A program made the translations under genes and the position numbers. Below the pieces are notes generated by a model, which saw only the letters and a list, made by a program, of their open reading frames with translations, was not told where the DNA came from and made no database searches. DNA of 64,000 nt from Deltaproteobacteria bacterium (GTDB taxonomy: Bacteria; SAR324; NAC60-12), in the NCBI GenBank assembly GCA_038150265.1, contig JAYOTF010000016.1:1-64000 (forward strand), in the 5' to 3' direction. Shown one piece after another: positions 16,886 to 28,548 of this stretch. The first letter of the stretch is position 1; every line of letters begins with the position of its first letter.

Positions 16886-18688
16886 ATGAGCACACCCAAA
16901 AATCCGATCTTCAGCCTCTCCCGGTACATCAAGCCGCACCGGAACCTCTTCGCGTTTGCCTGCACCAGCAGCATCCTGAACAAGATCCTCGACCTCATGC
17001 CTCCGGTTTTGGTGGGATGGGTGATCGATTCCGTGCGACGGCAGCCTCCGGAGTGGATCGCCAATCTGGTCGGAACCGTCGACCCATGGTCCCTGGCCAT
17101 CTTCCTGGCGGTGCTCGGCGTGGTCATCTTTGCCTTTGAGAGCCTCTTTGAGTGGGCCTTTCAGTTTGGTTTCATGAACCTCGCCCAGCGCATTCAGCAT
17201 GCGCTCCGGATGGACGCCTACAACCACATTCAGCACCGGGAGATTGAATTCTTTGAGAACCACCGCATGGGTGAAACCATGGCGATGCTCAATGATGACG
17301 TCAATCAGATTGAGCGGTTCCTCAACACGGGCTTCAACGAGCTCCTGCAGCTAGGCGTGCTGTTTGTGTTTTCGGGAGTGGTGCTTTTTGACGTGTCCTG
17401 GCAGCTCGCAATAGTGGGCCTGCTGCCGGTCCCCGTGATCATCTGGGGCAGCCTGCTCTACCAGCGCCTCATCTCTCCTCGCTACCGACGCGTCCGGGAG
17501 GCCGTTGGGGGGCTGAGCAGCCGCCTGGAAAACAACATCGCCGGCATTCTTGTGGTCAAGAGCTTCACTGCCGAGCAGTTTGAGTCCAAGCGCGTGGAAG
17601 ACGCCTCACGGGAGTACCAGCAGGCCAACTACCAGGCCATTCGCCTCAGCTCCGTCTATGTTCCGCTGATCCGGATGGCCGTGGCATTGGGCTTTGGAGG
17701 GGTGCTGCTGCTGGGAAGTTACTGGGTGCTGGAAGACCAGGGGGTGCTGACGGTCGGAGAGCTGGTGCTGTTTTCCATGCTCATTCAGCGCCTGCTCTGG
17801 CCGCTGACCCGCATGGGCATGACGCTGGATGAATATGAGCGCGCCAAGGCAAGTGCCCGCCGCACCTTTGGGCTACTCGAGACACCGAGCAAGATCCAGA
17901 GCCCAGCGCTGCCACGGATCCTGACACCTCCGGTTCAGGGAGAGCTGAAGTTTGGCCAGGTCCACTTTCGGTATCAGCGGGGAGAAGCGGTCCTCCGGGG
18001 CCTGGACTTTCAGGTGAAGGCCGGAGAAACCATTGGCATCGCGGGGGCCACCGGCGCCGGGAAGTCTACCCTGATCAAGCTCCTGCTGCGCCTCTACGAC
18101 CCCACCATGGGCTCTGTGCAGCTCGACGGCATCGACCTCCGGGACCTGACGCTTCAGGACGTGCGCCGCAACATTGCGCTGGTGAGCCAGGACGTCTACC
18201 TCTTTCACGGCACCATTGCAGAAAACATCGCCTATGGTGCCGCCGAAGTTTCTCTGGAACAGGTGGAAGCCGCCTCGCGCTCGGCGCAGCTGCACGACTT
18301 TGTGATGACGCTTCCGGAGGGGTATCAGACGGTGGTGGGCGAACGCGGCATTCGGCTTTCCGGTGGACAGCGCCAGCGCCTGAGCATCGCGCGCGCGATC
18401 CTGAAGGATGCGCCGATCATGGTCTTTGATGAGGCCACCAGCTCGGTAGACACAGAGACCGAGCGGGCGATTCAGGAGAGCCTCGTCCAGATCACTCGGG
18501 GCAAGACGGCGCTCATCATTGCGCACCGCCTTTCCACCATCCGCCATGCCGACCGCATTCTCGTGCTGAAGGAAGGACAGGTGGTGGAAGAAGGGCATCA
18601 CGACGACCTGGTGCGCCTGCAGGGCACCTATGCCGAGCTGTGGCAGGTTCAGTCCGGAGAGGCCGTCACTCCGGAGATCCTGAACTAG
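16886..18688 (+). CDS. ABC exporter, fused permease/ATPase (MsbA/MdlB-like)
   Basis: 6-TM domain; GATGAGKST, LSGGQRQR, FDEATSSVD, IAHRLST. Confidence 0.93.
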   Translation: MSTPKNPIFSLSRYIKPHRNLFAFACTSSILNKILDLMPPVLVGWVIDSVRRQPPEWIANLVGTVDPWSLAIFLAVLGVVIFAFESLFEWAFQFGFMNLAQRIQHALRMDAYNHIQHREIEFFENHRMGETMAMLNDDVNQIERFLNTGFNELLQLGVLFVFSGVVLFDVSWQLAIVGLLPVPVIIWGSLLYQRLISPRYRRVREAVGGLSSRLENNIAGILVVKSFTAEQFESKRVEDASREYQQANYQAIRLSSVYVPLIRMAVALGFGGVLLLGSYWVLEDQGVLTVGELVLFSMLIQRLLWPLTRMGMTLDEYERAKASARRTFGLLETPSKIQSPALPRILTPPVQGELKFGQVHFRYQRGEAVLRGLDFQVKAGETIGIAGATGAGKSTLIKLLLRLYDPTMGSVQLDGIDLRDLTLQDVRRNIALVSQDVYLFHGTIAENIAYGAAEVSLEQVEAASRSAQLHDFVMTLPEGYQTVVGERGIRLSGGQRQRLSIARAILKDAPIMVFDEATSSVDTETERAIQESLVQITRGKTALIIAHRLSTIRHADRILVLKEGQVVEEGHHDDLVRLQGTYAELWQVQSGEAVTPEILN

Positions 18689-20055
18689 GACGCCTCTGGC
18701 GAGTACATGTCACGCGGTTGGCCTGTCGAGAAGAGCACCTGCCGCCAGAACTCGCTGTTCGGGTCAATGCGCTTCGTCTCCTTGCCCACCTCTTCCAGCG
18801 GCACATGCGTGAAGTGGCCATTCCAGTAGCCGATCATCATGTCGGTCCGTCCACTCATGGCGGCATGCACGGCATTGTCTGCCAGGTAGTAGCAGAAGAT
18901 CGCATCGTGCGGATTCGCCGGGAGGGAGCGGATCAGGTAGCTCGGCTCAATGATCTTCACCGTCACCGGGATCTTGCCCTCAAAGTAGTCGAGGATCTCC
19001 CGCTTGAGGAACTGGCTGATGTCGCGGTAGCGGACGTTTCCAGAGGCATCGCGCTCTTCGCCGGTGTTCCCCATCAGGTCCTGGCCCACGCCTTCCGCCA
19101 CCACAATCACGGCATGCGGGTGCTGGTCCACACCGGCTTTTTTCTCAAACATCCGCTGGATGCTCTGCAACAGGCCCTGCTCCCCCTTGAGGGTAAACGG
19201 CACCTCGGGCACCAGCACGTAGTTCACATCCGGGCATGCCAGGGACGTGTTCGCGGCAATGAATCCGGAATCCCGGCCCATCAGCTTGATGACCACAATG
19301 CCGTAGTTGGTGCCATAGGCCTCCACGTGTGCCGCCTGAACGGCTTCCACCGCCTTGGAAAACGCGGTCTCAAACCCAAAGGTCTTCACGCAAAACGGGA
19401 TGTCGTTGTCAATGGTCTTCGGAATGCCCACGACCGCGATCTTCAGATCCCGGCGCTCAATCTCTTCCACAATCGCATGGGCGCCCCGCAGGGTGCCGTC
19501 TCCGCCAATGGTGAAGAGGATCTTGATGCTGTGCCGTTCCAGACAGTCCACGATCTCCGCCGGGTCCTGAGGCCCCCGGGAACTCGAGAGCATGCTCCCG
19601 CCTTCGTAGTGAACGTTCTTGACCACTTCCGGCGTCAGTTCGATAATGTCATGACGGTACTTGGGAATGAAGCCCTGGTAGCCGTACTTGAACCCGTACA
19701 CGTGAGGGATCCCGTAATTGTGCTGCAGCTGCATCACAATGGTCCGGATCACGTTGTTGATGCCCGGACACAGCCCCCCGCAGGTGACGATCCCGGCTCG
19801 GGTTTTCGATGGATCAAAGTAAATGTTTTCCCGGGGACCCGCCTGTTCGAAGCTTTCTTCCAGGTGTTCTTGGTACTTCGGCTCTCGCGCTTCGTAGAGG
19901 ATGCGGCTGTTGGGCGCAACAAAGTGGAAATCGGACTCGTCGTCCGGACTGTTCAACGAAAGCGGAGAGGGCACACGACAAGGGCCCAAGGATTTGATGG
20001 CAAAACGAGAGGACATAAAAACCTTGGAAATTTTCTGACTTCGTTCAAAGTTCAC
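18685..20055 (-). CDS. pfkA: ATP-dependent 6-phosphofructokinase (long PfkA clade); start may be ATG at 20016
   Basis: TCGGLCPGINNV, GGDGT, PKTIDND, MGRDSG, PSYLIRS. Confidence 0.92.
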   Translation of the reverse strand: MNFERSQKISKVFMSSRFAIKSLGPCRVPSPLSLNSPDDESDFHFVAPNSRILYEAREPKYQEHLEESFEQAGPRENIYFDPSKTRAGIVTCGGLCPGINNVIRTIVMQLQHNYGIPHVYGFKYGYQGFIPKYRHDIIELTPEVVKNVHYEGGSMLSSSRGPQDPAEIVDCLERHSIKILFTIGGDGTLRGAHAIVEEIERRDLKIAVVGIPKTIDNDIPFCVKTFGFETAFSKAVEAVQAAHVEAYGTNYGIVVIKLMGRDSGFIAANTSLACPDVNYVLVPEVPFTLKGEQGLLQSIQRMFEKKAGVDQHPHAVIVVAEGVGQDLMGNTGEERDASGNVRYRDISQFLKREILDYFEGKIPVTVKIIEPSYLIRSLPANPHDAIFCYYLADNAVHAAMSGRTDMMIGYWNGHFTHVPLEEVGKETKRIDPNSEFWRQVLFSTGQPRDMYSPEAS

Positions 20056-20125
20056 GAGAGACTTAGCCTATCACAAACACGCTTTGAAGCAAAAGCGTCT
20101 TCTCTGACACACAGGAGGAAAAGCC

Positions 20126-21349
20126 ATGCAAGCGCTTGCCATGATTCTGGCTGGAGGAGAGGGGACCCGATTATTTCCCCTGACCGCCTCACGAGCCAAG
20201 CCGTCTGTTCCCTTTGGGGGCAATTATCGCATAATTGATTTTGTCCTGAGCAACTTTGTCAACTCCGGCATGCTCCGGATCTTCGTCCTCACTCAGTTCA
20301 AGTCCCACTCCCTCATGCAGCACATGCGGCAGGGGTGGCGGATGTCCGGGATCGTCAACAACTTCATCGACCCCATTCCGGCGCAGATGCGGACCGGACG
20401 CAAGTGGTATGAAGGCACAGCCGATGCCATTTACCAAAACCTCAACCTCATTGACGACACCCAGCCGGAAAACGTCTGCGTCTTTGGGGGGGACCACATC
20501 TACCGCATGGATGTGGAGCAGATGATGAAGCTCCACCGAAAGAAGCGGGCGGAGCTGACCGTGGCCGCCATTCCGGTGCCTATCTCTGAAGCCCATCACT
20601 TCGGCATCATTCAGGTGGATGAAGACTGGCGCATGATCGGCTTTGTCGAAAAGCCCAAGTCCAACCCACCCACCATTCCCGGCGACCCAGACCACGTCCT
20701 CGCTTCAATGGGCAACTACATCTTCACCCGCTCCACCCTGGTCCGGGAACTGATGGAAGATGCGGACAACCCCAACTCCAGCCACGACTTTGGCAAGGAC
20801 ATCATCCCCAAACTCTTCCCCCAGGGAGGCGTCTACGTCTATGACTTCAAGCAGAACCGCGTCCCCGGACAAGAAGAGCAGGAAGTGGGGTACTGGCGAG
20901 ACGTGGGAACCCTTGACGCGTACTGGGAGGCCAACATGGACCTCGTGGGCGTGCACCCCGAGTTCAACCTCTACAACCACCGCTGGCCCGTGCTGACCTA
21001 CAATCCGCCGCTGCCTCCGGCCAAGTTCGTGCACTTCAGCGACCTCCGGACCGGACACGCCATCAACTCCATCGTCTCTGCAGGCACCATCATCAGTGGC
21101 GCCCTCGTTGAAAACTCCGTCATCGGCTACAACGTCCGGGTCCACAGCTTCTCCCACATCGCGGATTCCGTCATCATGGACGGCGTGGAGGTCGGACGGA
21201 GCGCGCAGGTTCGACGGGCCATCATTGACAAGCACGTGCGCATCATGCCCGGTGCCAAGGTGGGCTTCGACCTGGAGCGGGACCGCGAGCGGTTCACCGT
21301 CAGTGACAACGGCATTGTTGTCATCCCCAAAGGATCGGTTGTGGAGTAA
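20126..21349 (+). CDS. glgC: Glucose-1-phosphate adenylyltransferase
   Basis: [43 protein letters not shown]. Confidence 0.97.
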   Translation: MQALAMILAGGEGTRLFPLTASRAKPSVPFGGNYRIIDFVLSNFVNSGMLRIFVLTQFKSHSLMQHMRQGWRMSGIVNNFIDPIPAQMRTGRKWYEGTADAIYQNLNLIDDTQPENVCVFGGDHIYRMDVEQMMKLHRKKRAELTVAAIPVPISEAHHFGIIQVDEDWRMIGFVEKPKSNPPTIPGDPDHVLASMGNYIFTRSTLVRELMEDADNPNSSHDFGKDIIPKLFPQGGVYVYDFKQNRVPGQEEQEVGYWRDVGTLDAYWEANMDLVGVHPEFNLYNHRWPVLTYNPPLPPAKFVHFSDLRTGHAINSIVSAGTIISGALVENSVIGYNVRVHSFSHIADSVIMDGVEVGRSAQVRRAIIDKHVRIMPGAKVGFDLERDRERFTVSDNGIVVIPKGSVVE

Positions 21350-21353
21350 GCCC

Positions 21354-22805
21354 TTGCGTATTCTCTTTGTTGCCTCCGAAGTCGACGGGTTCTCCAAGTC
21401 CGGAGGGCTCGCCGATGTTGCCAAAGCCCTCCCCAAGGCGCTCCATGAGCTGGGGCACGACGTCCGCGTCGTGACGCCCCTCTACGCCTCCATTGCGAAC
21501 CAGGACACCTTCACTCGCCTTCCGGAACCGCTGGGCGTGCCCATGGGAAGCCTCGGGGAAGCCTGGTGCGCCATCCGCGCCTCAACCCTGCCCGACTCAC
21601 AGGTTCCGGTCTACTTCCTCGAGCATGAACAGTACTTCGGGCGCCCGGGGTACTACGACCAAAACGGCTGGGCCTACGCCGACAACGCCGAGCGCTTCAG
21701 CTTCCTCTCCCGAGGAGCCCTGCAGCTCTGCCGCGCTCTGCACTGGAGCCCCGAGGTCCTGCACTGCCACGACTGGCACACGGCGCTGGTTCCGTATTAC
21801 CTGAAAATGGAAGCCCCTGACCTTGCCTCTGCCATCTCCGTCCTGACCCTGCACAATGCCGGTTATCAGGGGCAGTTTCCCGGAGGCTGGCGGCAGGCGC
21901 TGACGATTGAAGACGAGCACTTCCAGTCCTGGGCCTTTGAAGACCACGGCGGCCTCAACCTCCTCAAGGGGGGGATTGCCTTTGCGGACCGCGTCAATGC
22001 CGTCAGTCCGGGATACGCGCAGGAACTGCTCAGCCCCCCCGGGAGCCACGGCCTGCATGACGCCATTCTGCGCAAGGGGACCGACTTCTCCGGCATCCTC
22101 AACGGATGCGACTACGGAGAGTGGAGTCCGGAAGCCGACCCCTTTCTTCCGGCTTCCTACTCCCAGACCCAACTCGCTGGAAAAGCGACCTGCAAGGCAG
22201 CGCTGCAGGTGAAGTTCCAGCTTGAGGCCCGCCCGGAGGTTCCCGTCTTTGGCCTGGTCAGCCGCCTCACCGAGCAAAAGGGCTTTGGCCTCCTGATCCC
22301 AGCGCTGGAAGCCGCTCTCCAGTGGGACCTGCAGGTCGTTGCGATGGGCAGCGGTGATGCGGCAACAGCCGCTCAGCTGGCTGATCTGGCCCGACGCTTT
22401 CCGGACAAGATGGGCTGGTGGGAAGGCTACAGCAACCCGCTGGCCCACCTCGTTGAGGGAGGCAGCGACGTCTTCCTCATGCCCTCCCTCTATGAGCCGT
22501 GCGGGCTCAACCAGATCTACAGCCTCCGTTACGGAACCCTGCCGCTCGTCCGGGCCGTCGGGGGACTCAAGGACACCGTGGTCAACTACGACGAAGCCCG
22601 TGGCTCCGGAACCGGATTCCTCTTTCAGGACCCCACGCCAGAAGCCCTGCGTGACACCATCGGCTGGGCTCTGAGCACCTGGTACGACCGACCGGCTCAC
22701 TTCCGGCAACTCGTGCAGCAGGCCATGCAGCAGCGGTTCCCCTGGGAGGAATCCGCTCAAGCCTACGTGGCCCTCTATCAGGACGCGCTGGCGTCCAAAG
22801 TCTAA
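21354..22805 (+). CDS. glgA: Glycogen synthase (probable TTG start)
   Basis: KSGGLADV, HCHDWHT, SRLTEQKG, MPSLYEPCGLNQ; GGAG precedes TTG at 21354. Confidence 0.95.
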   Translation: MRILFVASEVDGFSKSGGLADVAKALPKALHELGHDVRVVTPLYASIANQDTFTRLPEPLGVPMGSLGEAWCAIRASTLPDSQVPVYFLEHEQYFGRPGYYDQNGWAYADNAERFSFLSRGALQLCRALHWSPEVLHCHDWHTALVPYYLKMEAPDLASAISVLTLHNAGYQGQFPGGWRQALTIEDEHFQSWAFEDHGGLNLLKGGIAFADRVNAVSPGYAQELLSPPGSHGLHDAILRKGTDFSGILNGCDYGEWSPEADPFLPASYSQTQLAGKATCKAALQVKFQLEARPEVPVFGLVSRLTEQKGFGLLIPALEAALQWDLQVVAMGSGDAATAAQLADLARRFPDKMGWWEGYSNPLAHLVEGGSDVFLMPSLYEPCGLNQIYSLRYGTLPLVRAVGGLKDTVVNYDEARGSGTGFLFQDPTPEALRDTIGWALSTWYDRPAHFRQLVQQAMQQRFPWEESAQAYVALYQDALASKV

Positions 22806-22822
22806 CCCCTCCGGAGTCTTGC

Positions 22823-23044
22823 ATGCAGCGCTTTGAGTACAAAATCGAAACCGTCGCCGAGGGCATGATCGGCTCCATGGTCCTGGGCGCCTCTTACGTT
22901 TCCGGAGGCAAGCTGGAAAAGATCCTCAATGAACGTGGGGCAGAAGGCTGGGAGCTGGTGATGCAGGTGATCGAAAAGCGTCGGTTCCTGCTCTTCTGGA
23001 GCCGAGAGGCCGTCATCCTGACCTTCAAGCGGGCACTGGACTGA
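22823..23044 (+). CDS. DUF4177-like small protein
   Basis: FEYKI...LNERGAEGWELV...FKR pattern. Confidence 0.8.
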   Translation: MQRFEYKIETVAEGMIGSMVLGASYVSGGKLEKILNERGAEGWELVMQVIEKRRFLLFWSREAVILTFKRALD

Positions 23045-23776
23045 ATGTCGGCGGTGTTTCATCACTCCTGGGCAAGCCACTACGACACCATCTCCCGCCT
23101 CTCCTTCGAGGACTTTTACGAGGATTTCACGGAGTTCACCCTCATCCAGCTCCTGCGGATTCTTCCGGAAGCGGCGCGCGTTCTCGACGTCGGCTGCGGC
23201 ACCGGACGGATCGCCCTGCCGCTTGCCCTCAACGGATTTTCGGTCACCGGAATCGACGCCTCTGCTCCCATGCTGAGTCAGCTCCAGCAAAAGGCCGACC
23301 TGCTGGAATGTGCCCTGGAAGCCCTCCCGACCCCGGTTCAGGACTTCCAGGCCGATGCGCCCTTTGACGCGGCGCTCTGCCTCTTCACCGTCATCAGCTA
23401 CCTGACCGATGACGCGGCGCTCACCGCGGCCTTCCGGGCCATGGCTTCGGCTCTGAAGCCAGGTGGCGTGCTGCTCCTCGACTGTCCGCGGCAAGAGCTG
23501 TTCCACTCCTTCCAGGTGGCCACTCCGCAGCTTGCTCGCCAGATGCGCTTCCAGTCTGCAGGGCCTCGCCTCTATGAGTTTACCGACTCCGGAACCCTTC
23601 ACCTGGGGGAGCAGGTCTTCACCTTTGAGGAGCACTTTCAGATCCGGTACTGGCCGCTTGAAGAAGTTCAGGCGCAGCTGGAAGCCTGTGGTTTTGCATT
23701 GGAAGAGACGTTTCCGGAGGCGTCAGACAGCTACGGCTCCGATTACCTGCTGCTCCGGAAGGTCACGGAGTGGTGA
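23045..23776 (+). CDS. Class I SAM-dependent methyltransferase
   Basis: VLDVGCGTG, GIDASAPML, LKPGGVLL. Confidence 0.9.
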   Translation: MSAVFHHSWASHYDTISRLSFEDFYEDFTEFTLIQLLRILPEAARVLDVGCGTGRIALPLALNGFSVTGIDASAPMLSQLQQKADLLECALEALPTPVQDFQADAPFDAALCLFTVISYLTDDAALTAAFRAMASALKPGGVLLLDCPRQELFHSFQVATPQLARQMRFQSAGPRLYEFTDSGTLHLGEQVFTFEEHFQIRYWPLEEVQAQLEACGFALEETFPEASDSYGSDYLLLRKVTEW

Positions 23777-24344
23777 GCTTCATGCCTGCTGGCTTCAGGA
23801 CGTTGGCGAGCGTTCCCTGAGGAGGCACGGAGCCGTTGTCCGATGGCAGGCGCCAGGCGCTGGCGTCTGAAGTGGTCTCCACCCGCACCAATGCTTCAAA
23901 GCGGAGGTCGGTCTGCGGCGGCACCACCTGCAGCACCAGCCAGCTGGGGTCCGGAGGCGCCTGCACCGCTTCCACCTCCCAGAACACCTCCCAGTTGGCC
24001 AACGCCGGCAACGACGCAGTGGGCAGACTCAGGCGCATGAGCGGCTCCGGAGGGGCTTCCAGCTCCGCCCGGGAGTGCGTGGCCAGCGCCTCCAGTCCCA
24101 GCCAGGCGATGGCCTGGGCGTGTTCGAGCAGCAGCTGGTTTTCCAGCACTGCCTCCGCTTCATGCCGACGGCGCTGCACCGCCTCTTGCCACCGCATCAG
24201 CACGGCGCCCAGCACCAGCAAAACCAGCATCACTGTCACCAGCACAAAACCGTCTGCCAGGCCGCTTCTCGCATGCTGAACAGCTTGACTCGCCCCAGCC
24301 TTTCCCCTAAGATGCAAGCTTTTGTTATACCAGCCTGAATCCAC
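23763..24344 (-). CDS. PilX/GspK-like minor pseudopilin (start uncertain)
   Basis: [16 protein letters not shown] prepilin-like N-terminal segment followed by an amphipathic helix. Confidence 0.55.
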   Translation of the reverse strand: MDSGWYNKSLHLRGKAGASQAVQHARSGLADGFVLVTVMLVLLVLGAVLMRWQEAVQRRRHEAEAVLENQLLLEHAQAIAWLGLEALATHSRAELEAPPEPLMRLSLPTASLPALANWEVFWEVEAVQAPPDPSWLVLQVVPPQTDLRFEALVRVETTSDASAWRLPSDNGSVPPQGTLANVLKPAGMKLTTP

Positions 24345-24378
24345 GAACCCCCGCTACAATTTAAGAAGGTCACCCATT

Positions 24379-25773
24379 ATGGCCCAAACCATGTTCGAGA
24401 AGATCTGGGATGCGCATGTTGTGCATGAACAGGAAGGAAACACCATTCTGTATATTGACCGACACCTCGTTCATGAAGTGACGTCGCCTCAGGCCTTTGA
24501 GGGCCTCCGCCTGGCTGGTCGACCCGTCCGACGCGTCGATGCCACCTATGCGGTGCCGGACCACAACGTCCCCACCCGCAATCAGCATGAGCCCATCAAG
24601 GACCCGATCTCTCGTCAGCAGGTGGAGACCCTCCGGAGCAACTGTCAGGAGTTTGGCATCACCCTTTTTGACCTGGGAGACAAGCGTTCCGGAATCGTGC
24701 ACGTCATGGGACCCGAGCAGGGCCTGACGCTTCCGGGGGCAACGATTGTCTGTGGAGACTCGCACACCGCCACCCACGGGGCCTTCGGCGCTCTTGCCTT
24801 TGGCATTGGCACCTCCGAAGTGGAACACGTCCTGGCCACCCAAACCCTGCAGCAGCAGCGCCCGAAGACGATGAAGGTCGAGGTTCAGGGCACCCTCCCG
24901 GAAAAAGCCACCGCCAAGGACATCATCCTCGCCATTATTGGAAAAATCGGCACCGCCGGCGGGACCGGATACGTGATTGAATTTGCTGGTGAAGCGATTC
25001 AGGCGCTCTCGATGGAGGGACGCATGACCCTCTGCAACATGGCCATTGAAGCAGGCGCTCGGGCCGGCATGGTGGCTCCCGATGAAAAGACCTTCGAGTA
25101 CCTCAAGGGCCGTCCCTATGCTCCGCAAGGCGAGGCGTATGATCAAGCCGTCGCCGCCTGGAAGCAGCTGCCTTCTGATGACGGGGCCACCTTTGACGCC
25201 GTGGTCACCCTGCAGGCTCAGGACATCCTTCCACAGGTCACCTGGGGCACCAGCCCCGGCATGGTCACCGACATCAACGGCACCGTCCCGGATCCGGCCC
25301 AGATGAGCGATCCGACGGAGCGTCGTGCGACCGAGCGGGCCCTGGCGTACATGGCGCTGCAGCCCAACACGCCGATTCAGGACATTGCCATCGACCGCGT
25401 CTTCATTGGCTCCTGCACCAACTCCCGCATTGAGGACCTCCGGGTGGTGGCCGAGTTTGTCAAGGGCCGCAAGGTCAACCCCTCGGTTCACGCCATGATT
25501 GTTCCGGGGAGCGGACTCGTCCGGGAGCAGGCCGAGCAGGAAGGGCTGGACCAGATCTTCATTGAAGCCGGCTTCGACTGGCGCGAGCCGGGATGCTCGA
25601 TGTGCCTCGCCATGAACGACGACATCCTGCAGCCCGGAGAGCGGTGTGCCTCCACCAGCAACCGAAACTTTGAAGGACGTCAGGGCAAGGGCGGACGCAC
25701 GCACCTCGTCAGCCCCCTGATGGCGGCGGCCGCTGCCGTGTCCGGACACTTTGCCGACCCCCGGACCCTGTGA
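24379..25773 (+). CDS. leuC: 3-isopropylmalate dehydratase large subunit
   Basis: [42 protein letters not shown]. Confidence 0.98.
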   Translation: MAQTMFEKIWDAHVVHEQEGNTILYIDRHLVHEVTSPQAFEGLRLAGRPVRRVDATYAVPDHNVPTRNQHEPIKDPISRQQVETLRSNCQEFGITLFDLGDKRSGIVHVMGPEQGLTLPGATIVCGDSHTATHGAFGALAFGIGTSEVEHVLATQTLQQQRPKTMKVEVQGTLPEKATAKDIILAIIGKIGTAGGTGYVIEFAGEAIQALSMEGRMTLCNMAIEAGARAGMVAPDEKTFEYLKGRPYAPQGEAYDQAVAAWKQLPSDDGATFDAVVTLQAQDILPQVTWGTSPGMVTDINGTVPDPAQMSDPTERRATERALAYMALQPNTPIQDIAIDRVFIGSCTNSRIEDLRVVAEFVKGRKVNPSVHAMIVPGSGLVREQAEQEGLDQIFIEAGFDWREPGCSMCLAMNDDILQPGERCASTSNRNFEGRQGKGGRTHLVSPLMAAAAAVSGHFADPRTL

Positions 25774-25819
25774 ATCGGCCCCTCGCGACCCCTGACTCTT
25801 TTTCCTGAATCAAGACACC

Positions 25820-26449
25820 ATGAAGCCATTTACCCAACTCACGGCCCTGACTGCGGTGCTGGATGAAATCAACGTTGACACCGACCAGATCATCCCCAAG
25901 CAGTTCCTCAAGAAGATCGAGCGTACCGGTTTCGGACAGCACCTCTTTCATGACTGGCGCTACCTCGACGACGCAGGCACCCAGTCCAATCCGGACTTTG
26001 TCCTCAACGCCGACCGCTACCAGGGCGCCCAGATCCTCGTCACGGGCGAAAACTTCGGCTGCGGTTCCAGTCGCGAGCATGCGCCCTGGGCGTTGCTGGA
26101 CTATGGCTTCCGCTGCATCATTGCCCCCAGCTTTGCGGACATCTTCTTCAACAACTGCCGCAAGAACGGCATCCTCGCCGTTGTCCTCCCGCCCCAGGCG
26201 ATTCAGGAGCTGTTTGATGAAGTGCAGGGGCACGAGGGCTGCCAGCTGACCGTGGACCTGCCCGCTCAGGAAGTCCACACCCCCGCCGGGAAGGTCTACT
26301 CCTTTGACGTCGACGCCTTTGCCAAGCACTGCCTGGTTCATGGCCTCGATGACATCGGTTGGACCCTCCAGTTTGCGGACCAGATCGACGCGTATGAGCA
26401 AAACGCCCGGGCCGCATCGCCCTGGCTCCACCAGGTCAGCGTCGCCTGA
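25820..26449 (+). CDS. leuD: 3-isopropylmalate dehydratase small subunit
   Basis: [32 protein letters not shown]. Confidence 0.98.
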   Translation: MKPFTQLTALTAVLDEINVDTDQIIPKQFLKKIERTGFGQHLFHDWRYLDDAGTQSNPDFVLNADRYQGAQILVTGENFGCGSSREHAPWALLDYGFRCIIAPSFADIFFNNCRKNGILAVVLPPQAIQELFDEVQGHEGCQLTVDLPAQEVHTPAGKVYSFDVDAFAKHCLVHGLDDIGWTLQFADQIDAYEQNARAASPWLHQVSVA

Positions 26450-26491
26450 CCTCGCTCGCCATTCTCCGCCTCCTTAGCCAAAAAGGTCGTC

Positions 26492-26749
26492 ATGAAGATC
26501 AACATCAGCATCGAAGCCACCCCGGACGAGTTTCGGCAAACGCTTGGGCTCCCCAACATCAGTGAGCTTCAGCAAACCTTCCTGACGAAGGTCACGGAAA
26601 GCATGAAGGACGGCACCATGGATCCGAACATGATGGCCGATATGCTGGGCCCGTCCTTCAATTTTGGACGACAGATGATGGACACCATGGTCCGGAGCAT
26701 GGACACCATGATGAACACCGACCCTTCCGGAAAAGCCAGCAAGAACTAG
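26492..26749 (+). CDS. Small hypothetical protein (DUF6489-like)
   Basis: MKINISIEATPDEFRQTLGLP N-terminus. Confidence 0.7.
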   Translation: MKINISIEATPDEFRQTLGLPNISELQQTFLTKVTESMKDGTMDPNMMADMLGPSFNFGRQMMDTMVRSMDTMMNTDPSGKASKN

Positions 26750-26808
26750 CGGCTCCGGAGGGCCGACAATCAGAGGGGGGATTCATTCATTGAACTTAGA
26801 GGAGAAAC

Positions 26809-27996
26809 GTGATGAAGCCAAATGAAGTGGTGGTGCTGAGTGGGGTCCGGACGGCTGTTGGGACCTTCGGAGGCTCCCTGAAGGAACAGCCTCCAGTGGA
26901 ACTGGCAGCTGCGGTGGTCCGGGAAGCCCTGAACCGCTCACAGGTCAGCACGGAAGACGTGGAGCATGTCGTCTTCGGAAACGTCATTCACACCGACCCC
27001 CGGGACATGTACCTCGCCCGCTATGCTGGGGTCCGAGGAGGCCTCCCCATTGAAACACCGGCCCTGACCCTGAACCGGCTCTGCGGTTCCGGACTCCAGG
27101 CCATCGTGACCGCCTCACAGATGATCCAACTCGGCGAGGCGCAAGCGGCCGTTGCCGGAGGCGCCGAAGTGATGAGCCGGGCGCCTTACTGGCTTCCGAA
27201 CATGCGCTGGGGCGCTCGCATGAATCATGCGCAGGTGCTGGACGCCATGGTCGGTGGACTCTCCGACCCCTTTGAAAGCTGCCACATGGGGGTCACCGCC
27301 GAAAACATCGCCTCTCGCTGGGGCATCACCCGAGAAGACCAGGATGAGCTGGCCGTGCTGAGCCACCAGCGGGCCTCCACCGCGATCAACGAGGGACGCT
27401 TCACGAGCCAGATCCTGCCACTGGAGATCAAGGAACGCCGCAAGGTCACCCTCTTTGACACCGACGAACACGTCCGGCACGGGGTCACCCTTGAAGACAT
27501 GGCCAAGCTGAAGCCCGTCTTCAATCCGGAAGGCTCCGTCACCGCTGGCAACGCATCCGGAATTAACGACGCGGCTGCCGCCCTGGTGCTCATGAACCGA
27601 GAGGCTGCAGAAGCCAAGGGGCTCAAGCCCATGGCCCGCCTGGTCGGCTACGCCGTTGCGGGCGTTGAGCCGGAAATCATGGGCATTGGCCCGGTTCCCG
27701 CCATCCGGAAGGTGCTGGAAAAGACGGGCTTGAGCGTCGCCGACATGGATGTGATTGAGCTGAATGAAGCCTTTGCCGCGCAGGCCCTTGCCTGTGTCCG
27801 GGACCTCGACCTCCCCATGGAGAAGGTCAACCCGAATGGCTCCGGAATTTCCCTCGGCCACCCGGTCGGGGCCACAGGTGCCCTGATTACCGTGAAGGCG
27901 CTCCATGAGCTTCAACGGACCGGAGGCTCCCACGCCTTGATCTCCATGTGCATCGGGGGAGGTCAGGGCATTGCTGCAATTTTTGAACGCTGCTGA
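26809..27996 (+). CDS. Beta-ketothiolase (BktB-like acetyl-CoA acyltransferase)
   Basis: NRLCGSG, NEAFAAQ, GHPVGATG, CIGGGQG; RBS AGAGGAG. Confidence 0.95.
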   Translation: MMKPNEVVVLSGVRTAVGTFGGSLKEQPPVELAAAVVREALNRSQVSTEDVEHVVFGNVIHTDPRDMYLARYAGVRGGLPIETPALTLNRLCGSGLQAIVTASQMIQLGEAQAAVAGGAEVMSRAPYWLPNMRWGARMNHAQVLDAMVGGLSDPFESCHMGVTAENIASRWGITREDQDELAVLSHQRASTAINEGRFTSQILPLEIKERRKVTLFDTDEHVRHGVTLEDMAKLKPVFNPEGSVTAGNASGINDAAAALVLMNREAAEAKGLKPMARLVGYAVAGVEPEIMGIGPVPAIRKVLEKTGLSVADMDVIELNEAFAAQALACVRDLDLPMEKVNPNGSGISLGHPVGATGALITVKALHELQRTGGSHALISMCIGGGQGIAAIFERC

Positions 27997-28004
27997 CTTC
28001 CTCT

Positions 28005-28505
28005 GTGACCCGCCCCTCACTTGAGTCCAAAATCGTCTCACGCGCTGAGCTTCCGGAGCGCCTCCAACGCCTCCGGGAGCAAGGTCGCCGCCTCGTCTTC
28101 ACCAACGGCTGCTTCGACCTGCTGCACGCCGGACACGTCCGGTACCTGCACGATGCGCGAGCACGGGGCGATGCCCTGATCCTTGGACTCAACGCCGACG
28201 CCTCGGTGCAGCTCCTGAAAGGCCCCACTCGCCCCATTGTTCACCAAGACGACCGTGCCCTCGTGCTGGCAGCCCTGGAGTCTGTGACGCTGGTGGTCCT
28301 CTTTGAAGAAGAGACCCCGGACCTCCTCATCAAGGAGGTGCTTCCGGAGGTCCTTGTGAAAGGAGGAGACTACGTGGCAGAAGAAATCGTCGGGTACGAC
28401 ACCGTGACCCAAAACGGAGGCGAGGTGATCATCATCCCGTTTGTCCCCGGACGTTCCACCAGCACCATCGTTTCCCGGATTCAAGCCGCTGGAACGGACC
28501 GTTGA
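28005..28505 (+). CDS. rfaE2: D-glycero-beta-D-manno-heptose 1-phosphate adenylyltransferase
   Basis: FTNGCFDLLHAGH, LKGPTRP, KGGDY, STSTI. Confidence 0.93.
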   Translation: MTRPSLESKIVSRAELPERLQRLREQGRRLVFTNGCFDLLHAGHVRYLHDARARGDALILGLNADASVQLLKGPTRPIVHQDDRALVLAALESVTLVVLFEEETPDLLIKEVLPEVLVKGGDYVAEEIVGYDTVTQNGGEVIIIPFVPGRSTSTIVSRIQAAGTDR

Positions 28506-28548
28506 CCCCAACCGCACGGACTCTCCACCCTTTTCTGGAAAAACAACC

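Noticed and set aside
21096..21353. glgC-glgA long overlap or frameshift fusion
   Set aside because: An RBS-preceded TTG at 21354 gives a normal GlgA N-terminus; the upstream extension is an ORF-caller artefact
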